Source: Octopus sinensis (lineage: Eukaryota). Taken from it: a DNA stretch of 64,000 bases. Position numbers and translations under genes: made by a program. The DNA is taken from the NCBI RefSeq assembly GCF_006345805.1, contig NC_043002.1, positions 29,016,001-29,080,000 of the forward strand, read 5' to 3'. Shown here in pieces: positions 56,150-64,000 of this stretch (within the stretch, counting starts at the first letter, position 1; the number at the start of each line of letters is the position of its first letter). The notes below the pieces were generated by a model. The model saw nothing but the letters and a program-made list of their open reading frames with translations, ran no database searches and was not told where the DNA came from.

Positions 56150-58173
56150 GATGTGTTACCGCTACTGTATATAACTCACTTTGATATTTATCATTATATA
56201 TATATATATATATATATACATATATATTTGTCTTTTTATACTTGATAAAAGTTTGTTTCAACACTTCTGAGACATTTTTAAGTTAATGTCCCACGGTTTT
56301 TATGCTTTTAAAAATATTCAACTGCATACACACACACTCACACACACACACACACACACACACATATGTTACATATATATATATATATGAGTGCTAATAT
56401 CTATATATGAGTAAATGTATATATGTACTTATGCGTGTTTGTGAGTGTGTGTAGGCGTCTGTGTGTGTATGTGTATATGAGAACAAATAATAATGATAAA
56501 TTTGTATCTGGTGAAGCAGTAGATAAATCACTATAAAACAGATCTTGTATTTTATAAAATTACCTATGTCAAAGAGAAGCAATATGGTGGTGAGTAAGCC
56601 TTTTACACGACATAGCTTTTATATACATATACATACATACATATATGCATACATACATACATATATATATGTATATATCAATGTATATAATAAATTTATA
56701 TGTATATATATATGTGTGTGCATATGTATATATATATATACATACATATATATATATATATGTATATATATGTATATATATATATAATATATATATATAT
56801 TATATATATATATATTATATATATATATTTATATACATTTACACCCATATTATATATATGTTTATATATGTCTATATATGTATATATATAGATCTATAAA
56901 TGTATATATATCTATATATGTGTGTGTGTGCGTGTGTGTACGTGTGTGTGTTTGTGTATGTTTGTATATCTACAGCACACACACATGTATATGTCCATTA
57001 TTATATATATATTTGTGTATGTGTTTCGCACATTATTGTCAGAAACGATGATAAATATAAAATATACTTACTGAAATTTTCTTCTCATGTTCTTTCTTAT
57101 ATATTTTCTAGTTCCATTTTTTTTATGAATATGTGTTAACTGTGATAAAACGAAGCTGGATGCGAGAAGAGAGATGAGTAAAGGCATACCAAAAAAAAAA
57201 ATATATATATTTGTACCTATATACATATACACACTCGCGTATGCATGCAAACCCATACCTACTTATGACTAAAAATATCTATTTTTATATGTCTGTTTTA
57301 ACGCGTATTTTTCAATAGAAATGCAAATATGTGTGTGTTTGTAATCTGAGAGCATGGATGAGAATATTTATCCTGGTAAAAATAAAGACAGTGAAAAAAA
57401 AATGATAAAAAAATCGATTAGATATACCCCACCCCTAAAAGAAAAAAAATAGATTAAGGCCAGTGCCAAATATAAAATGAAGCATAATGTAAATGTACAT
57501 ATAACTAAACGGATGAAAAATACATTTTTCTTCTTCAGGAAATCTGTGCTGTCAAAAAGAACGTTCTTCACAGAATGTGTTAGGAACTTGAAAATTATGT
57601 ATTGCTGGGTTTCTTAACTGAGACAATATATGAAAATTCTACCATTATTTCAGTAGCAACACTTTTTGGCTTTAATATTCTTGGAACGAAAACACCTATG
57701 ACATCTCACTCCAAGGCGTGTATTTGTAGACGAGATGCTGTATTACTCATCTTCAAGAGCGCGTGGAGGAAAACACACACACACACACACACACACACTC
57801 CGTTATCATAAACGCACCATACGCATGTACAGATATATATATATGCACAAACACACATATACGTATATTCATACAGGTATTCACACAAACATGCATACGT
57901 ACATACATACATACAGACACAGACACACATATATGTACACACATAGAGCTATGCATACATACACACACAAGTACACATATATACATACACATGTAGGTAT
58001 ACATGCATACACACAAAGTCAAACATACATACATTCATGATGTAAAAATTAACATGTATACTCGACTCGAGATTGCTCTGACAAATGGAAAACCGCGCGT
58101 AGGCCTGTACTTCACATACATACACACATTCACACACGCGCGGGCACACACACACACACACACACGGACCTAT

Positions 58174-58213
<40 letters not shown>

Positions 58214-58854
58214 CTGAGACTGTTTAATGGCGAATCCTTCACATAGTAAAACTTCCAAGTCGCTCTCAGTATTTTACCTGATAAGTAAGCTGTTCTTTTT
58301 AAACATCTTGAAGATTATTCCAGCTGATGCTTGACTGTAGGTTTAAATGACAACGTAACGCACAAAAATACACACACGCACACGCACATACATACACACA
58401 TACGCACGCACAAAGATAATTATGTCGTTAAGACCTATGCATTATTAATTAATTTTCATTTATTCTCCAAGAGACTTTATGGATATGCTTATATTGCACT
58501 TACGATTTATTCTTTTTCTTTCTTGGTATAATGTCTTTAATTTCAAGGAGAGCTAAGATGTTTATGATTATGATATGTTTCTTCTTCCGATGACGATCAT
58601 GAGTATAATATACGAACGTCCCGTGTGGGTAATTATCTGTACATAATGATTGTGTTGTTTCTGACGTATTCGTAGTTTTTAACTGAAGAAATACTTTAAG
58701 TAGATCTGTCGATGCCAACTGATCATTGTAGAAATCTTGCCCTCTGAATAAAGCACAAAGGCCAGCGATTTAAAGCGAAAGGGATTAATTGAATTTTTGG
58801 ACCCCAGTACTTGACTGGTATCTGCGAATATATGAATTGGTTAGTCTGAATTGA

Positions 58855-59260
58855 TACGACCTCTTTTCCAGAAGGTTGAGTCTTGACTTTGTTTTTCGCT
58901 GGCCCGTCCTTTTTTTTCCATTCCATACGATGATTTTTAGATTCTGGCTCATGGTGATGGATTGAAATTTCGTCCCCTGTGACTATTTTCTCCCTAAAAA
59001 AAGCTTCGAATTCATTGTTGTGATGGGGGAGTAGGCGTAGATAGATCTCCATACGATTGCGCGTACGTGCGTCAGTAGACTCTCTCGGGACCCATTTTGC
59101 ATGGGCTATAGGGAAGCGAAGCTTGTGAATGACTCTGTATGCAAAACCACAATTTATTTGCAGAGACACCTCGCGGATGTGACGAGTGTTTGTTTTTCAA
59201 CTCACTATGTCCTCCGCTCAAAGAATGTCTTGTCTACAGAGTACTTCATAATTATGCTAG
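58855..59260 (-). mobile_element. Mariner transposase relic
   Basis: IREVSLQINCGFAYRVIHKL..AKWVPRE..IVTGDE..HHHEPESK..MEWKK..KTQPSGK. Confidence 0.9.
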
Positions 59261-59858
59261 AATCTGTATAATCATCTCACTATGGTTGGATTCTTCGTCT
59301 AAAGCATTATTTGGTCTAAATTACCAGCTGCTTTAATACTTCTTTATCTATCATACCACAGTGCATAAACACACCATTTCCGTTGAAAGTATGTGCATAA
59401 GATTCCTTTTAGTCCATGTTTTATTTTGCAAGCGACGGACTATAGATGTTTAATCCGACCTCAGTCTCGCTGATCTTATTATTCAGGAAAGGATTAGCCG
59501 TTGCCTCTCTTCTTTTGCTCATTGATATTAGGAAAAATCATTACTTAAAATTGTAGCTTTTGCACCTAGTCAAGACAAACTCAAAAATGAAATATTTCTA
59601 AGAGTCTAAAATAATCAAAATGTCTTTCACGATTTAGTTTTCTTCTTCGACATTCTAATTTCAAATCTCTGTGTGTATTGATTTCATTATCATTTATGCT
59701 CACTAGCAATGGCGGCTGTTAAAATTGAAAATTATCACTGAGAGGTACAAAACAGTGGTCAGTGTTACGGTATATATTAATATTAATATTGTATAGTTCA
59801 CTGTGAGATGGGGGTCAAATGTTTTGATCATATAAGGAACATACACACACACACGCAT

Positions 59859-59920
<62 letters not shown>

Positions 59921-59963
59921 GCATTCGCATACTCGCGTGCATACATACAGACTCCTAACAATA

Positions 59964-61579
59964 CAGTGGCGCCATAAGAACGCTAGTATACTAATGTTGA
60001 AATGACATTTTTTCAATATATTCAAGACGTAAATTGTGAATTGAGATGTATATCAAAATAAAGAAAATTTCACAAATCAAAGAAAATATGGTATACAACT
60101 TTACAGCGTAACTTCAGCGTATTAATTTTGAATTAAGACTAAATCTTAATTCAAAACACCATTTAATTTCAGAACGATTTGTAAAATTTCATTATTTTGC
60201 TTTAAAAAGTTTATTCTGAGATCAACTAAATTCAATATTAAGCTCATACAATCAGTATTTGGTTGGGTATCCAAAATTACTTAATACATCTTTGCATTTG
60301 CGAAACATAGAATCATTCAGATCATTTTCCCCCAATGTTGGCTAATAATGTTTTTAAAAAAATCATCATTATTCTTTGGCTTACTACTTTGTACAGCTCT
60401 ACCCAGCCTTTCCCAAATATTTTCGATGGGATTTAGGTCGGGTGACTGGGCCGGCCACTTCATCAATCGAACTCTCTAAGACCTAATGTAATCTCTGATT
60501 AGGTGCGAGGTGTGTTTCGGGTCGTTGTCATGCTGGAATGTCTAAAATCAGCCCAAATGCTTTAGGGCGTATGGATGCATAGCTTTTCCCAATATTTCTA
60601 GATAGGACTTACTATCCATAATGCCCGTGATTCAGTTTATAGGACTGACGCCCTTTTCAGACATGCACCCCCACAACATCACCGTGCTTAATTGTAGGTC
60701 GGATGTATCCTAGCTGATGTTCTTCGCCTATACGCCTTCTTACATACTTCCTGCTATCACTGCCGAAAAAGTTGAACTTTGACTCGTCCGACCACAAGAA
60801 AGTGGTCATTTTTCGTTTTTTTTTAAAGGACAGTCTATGAAGAATGTATCTATCCATTCTTGCCGTTGTTGCCCAGGCCGAGAGCGGTCTTTATAATCAT
60901 TAGTTTCTTTAAAGATGAACATCATTGTAGACAAGTGTTTTAGAGCATCCAACTTCGTTTGAAATAGCTTTATATGACCATTTGAACCAACTAAGTTGGA
61001 CGATCCTCGCTCTGGTTTCTGGTGTTAAGTTTTATCTCTTACCCATCACAACTATTAAGTAACTTAAAAAATCTGTAACAGCATGCAAATTACTCTACCT
61101 TTATATTAGTCAATACGACAAAAAAAAAATGAAATTTTGCAATTTGTTCTTAAATTAAGTGGCGACGTAAATTACGCAAAGTAAACATTATTTTAAATTT
61201 AAAATAAATATAAATAGAAACATTATTATTTTTAAATCTCTCAAAGAGATATATTCGGTAACAGTTCTTTAAAATAAAGACTATTTGTCAATATAATGTG
61301 TCTGTTCTGGATGGGAAGATTGTTAGTGTTGCTTAGTCCCGGGGCTAAATAATAGTAACAATCGTCTCATCCAGGACAGCTACATTATGTTGGCAAATAG
61401 TCTTTACTTTGATATTAATATGTTGATGTTACGCTGTAAAGTTGTATACCATATTAAAGCACGTGAAAGTTTCTTTATTTTGATATATATCTTAATTCAC
61501 AATTTAAAACTTGAATATATGAAAAAAATGCCATTTTAACATTAGTGTACTAGTGTTCTTGAATTAAATGGCACCACTG
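59964..61579 (-). mobile_element. Tc1-family element, 1616 bp, with ~180-bp TIRs (59964-60140 / 61399-61579) and TA duplication
   Basis: TA|CAGTGGCGCCA and TGGCACCACTG|TA ends. The inverted repeats align over ~180 bp with substitutions. Confidence 0.92.
60252..61046 (-). pseudogene. Defective Tc1 transposase
   Basis: MGKR*NLTPETRARIVQL..; FLWSDESKFNFFGSDSRKYVRRR..TIKHG; FQHDNDPKHTS; WPAQSPDLNPIENIW; GYPTKY*. It has stops, frameshifts and a deletion of roughly 200 nt. Confidence 0.92.
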
Positions 61580-61776
61580 TATATATGTATATACATGTTA
61601 TATTTGCTTGCCAATAGGCGGGTTTGTATCTGTTTGGTACATATATGTGCTTGTGTTACAGATATATCCAGTGTTTGAATGCAGCGACGTTTCGTGTCCA
61701 GGATACAGGATCTGATGAGCCAATATTACTGTACGTATATCTTAGCGTATATCTGTATGCACGTCGGTGAGTGTGT

Positions 61777-61813
<37 letters not shown>

Positions 61814-62713
61814 ATGCTAGTAATTTTCTTTTTTGCTGCTACCGGGAGAGAAAGGGCTAATAATGGTTTTGGCGTAGTAGGTTTTGGGAGGCAGGAAAAA
61901 AATATAATGGAGATAGATCAAAATGAAGGACTGAAGAGATACAGAGAGGTTATGAATGCGTGATAGAAAAGTAGAACAGATAGAGTTGAGGAGAGAGGGA
62001 GAGAGATGGAGACAGAGAGAGAGAGAGTGAGGGAGAGAAAAAGGGAGAGAGAAAGAGGAGGAGAAAGAGAGAGAAAAGAGGGATGACAGACACAGTGAAA
62101 GAGAGGAATGGGTAGTAATGATAGTAACAAAAAAAGAAAGGGATAAATTAGAGTTATCATAAACTTATCAATAGTGAAATCAAACCGAATGATTAATGAA
62201 CTGGAGACCACCCCGACCCCCTAAAACGCCCCTCAAACCCCATACCCACCTACAGCTTCCCGCCATTTACTCATCTATTTGGTGAGATTTGAGAATGTCT
62301 TCAACCCATGACAGTTGTTACTGAAGTCTTGGTGCATGGAGTGGTGGACGTGGAATGGTTAGGTCGCCGTGTGACGGTGTGGTCATATATATATATATAT
62401 ATATGTATGCGTGTGTGTGCTTATGTGTGTTTCTCTGTGTATGTATATATATGTATGTATGAATATATGAGTACATGTATATAGGTACAACTCTCCTTCA
62501 CACACACATATCTCTGTATGCTTATACAGGTATGTATGTATGTTTCTCTCTCTCTCTCTCTCTCTCTGTATACACACACACACACATATCAAGTAGAAAG
62601 TATTAAACAATGAGATACGGATAGATAGAAAAAGAGAGGCTAGGCGGGGTTGGGGATAGAGTATGTGTGTATGGGAGAGAGAGATAAATAGATAAATAGA
62701 GAGAGAGAGAGAG

Positions 62714-62771
<58 letters not shown>

Positions 62772-62939
62772 TGGGAGAGAGGGAAGAAGTAGAAGAATAC
62801 AAGATTTGTGAGTAAAAGAGAACTACATGGGCTGAGTGGCTGGGTAAAAAGTTATAGAGTCTTTGCGCGTGTGTGTGTGTGTATGTGTGTCTGTGTGTGT
62901 GTGTGTTTGTGTGTGTGTGTGAGAGAGAGAGACAGATAG

Positions 62940-63152
62940 CGAGCATAAGAAAATGAAAGAGTGATCGATGTGTGTGAAGATGAATATGTTTGCATGTGTA
63001 TGTTCACGATAGTGTGTGTGTGTGTGTGTGTTTATTTGTGTGCGTGTGAATGCAGTAATGTAAGGTGTTACAGATAGCAAGGGAGACAGCTAACTCAATT
63101 AATGTAGGATCATTTATCTAAATAAAAGTTATTGTATTTGCTGCTGTTGAGA

Positions 63153-63199
<47 letters not shown>

Positions 63200-63350
63200 T
63201 AGTAGTAGTAGTGTAGTAGTAGTAGTAGTAGTAGTAGTAGCAGTAGTAGTAATAGTAGCAACGGTGGTGGTGGTGGTAATAGTGGTGGTGGTGGTAATAG
63301 TGGTGGTGATAGTAGTCATGGTGATAGTACTAGTGGAGATGATAATAGAG

Positions 63351-63385
<35 letters not shown>

Positions 63386-63480
63386 TATGGTGACAATAAT
63401 AGTGTTGTTTTTGTGGGTTGTAATAGCAGCAGTTGCAGCAGTAGTTGTTGTAATATTAGTAGCTAATATTGTTGTTTAAT
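62940..63480. repeat. (GT)n/(TAG)n/(GGT)n low-complexity block
   Basis: Seen directly. Confidence 0.85.
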
Positions 63481-64000
63481 GGTAGTAGTCACTTTTATAA
63501 TATTTGCAATTGTATGTGTAACAACTGCTAACAGTTTTGGTAGAGTCTTCACGAATAAAGGGCAGAGTTTCTGGAAATTATTTATGCTCTGAAACAATAA
63601 AGACTACGAGTAACTTAGTTATGATGAACAATTAAAGCTTTAGGTCCTTACTGGAGCGGTGTCAAAGTTTTAGCCTCATAGGGTATTTTGTTTATTTTGT
63701 TAAATATAACTTACACAAACTAAAGAGTAGAAAAGTCGAAGCAAGAAATACAAACAGGAAAATAAAAACAAAAAAAAAAGAGAAGAAAAATACATGATAT
63801 ATGAATGACGAAAAACGTCCACAGCCATACAAGATTCTACAGGCAGTGTTTCATAATGGTCTCTCGTCCGATACTGAAGAAGGTGAAAAGTTAGGAGAAA
63901 AAGTGAATACGTAATATGTTGGCGTTCCGACCTTCATTTTACGTTTTAAGTAATACTGACGCCCGACTAAACTTGGGGGTCATATCAGATTAATACCACG

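Noticed and set aside
61690-61730. CTGATGA near GTTTCG
   Set aside because: The two half-motifs are on opposite strands, so there is no hammerhead topology.

Overview
AT-rich, microsatellite-saturated metazoan DNA with a 100-N scaffold gap at 16087-16186. The tRNA-derived SINE families look like those of Octopus (recognition from memory, not a database result). I find no host protein-coding gene I can name. Nearly all long ORFs in the track are translations of (AT)n, (CA)n, (GAT)n, (ACC)n, (TAG)n or (AACC)n. The recognisable content is mobile DNA: three tRNA-derived SINE families plus a fourth short repeat family; four R4/Dong-clade non-LTR fragments; an RTE-like 3' end with C2H2 fingers; a complete-length Tc1 relic with ~180-bp TIRs; three mariner relics and a mariner MITE; a pogo/Tc2-like relic; a possible hAT scrap; and a 5'-truncated tRNA-Asp. 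The most interesting signal is a non-coding ~1-kb element between two (TA)n tracts (45669-46712). It has perfect 297-bp inverted arms, each carrying a minimal type I hammerhead ribozyme (CUGAAGA...GAAAC-ACGU-GUA). The same architecture (TA tract, inverted arm, spacer, arm, extension) recurs four times in unrelated sequences, which means either a recurrent template-switch process or a systematic assembly artefact. A few weak exon candidates are reported as speculation, including a possible 47-aa secreted peptide precursor.
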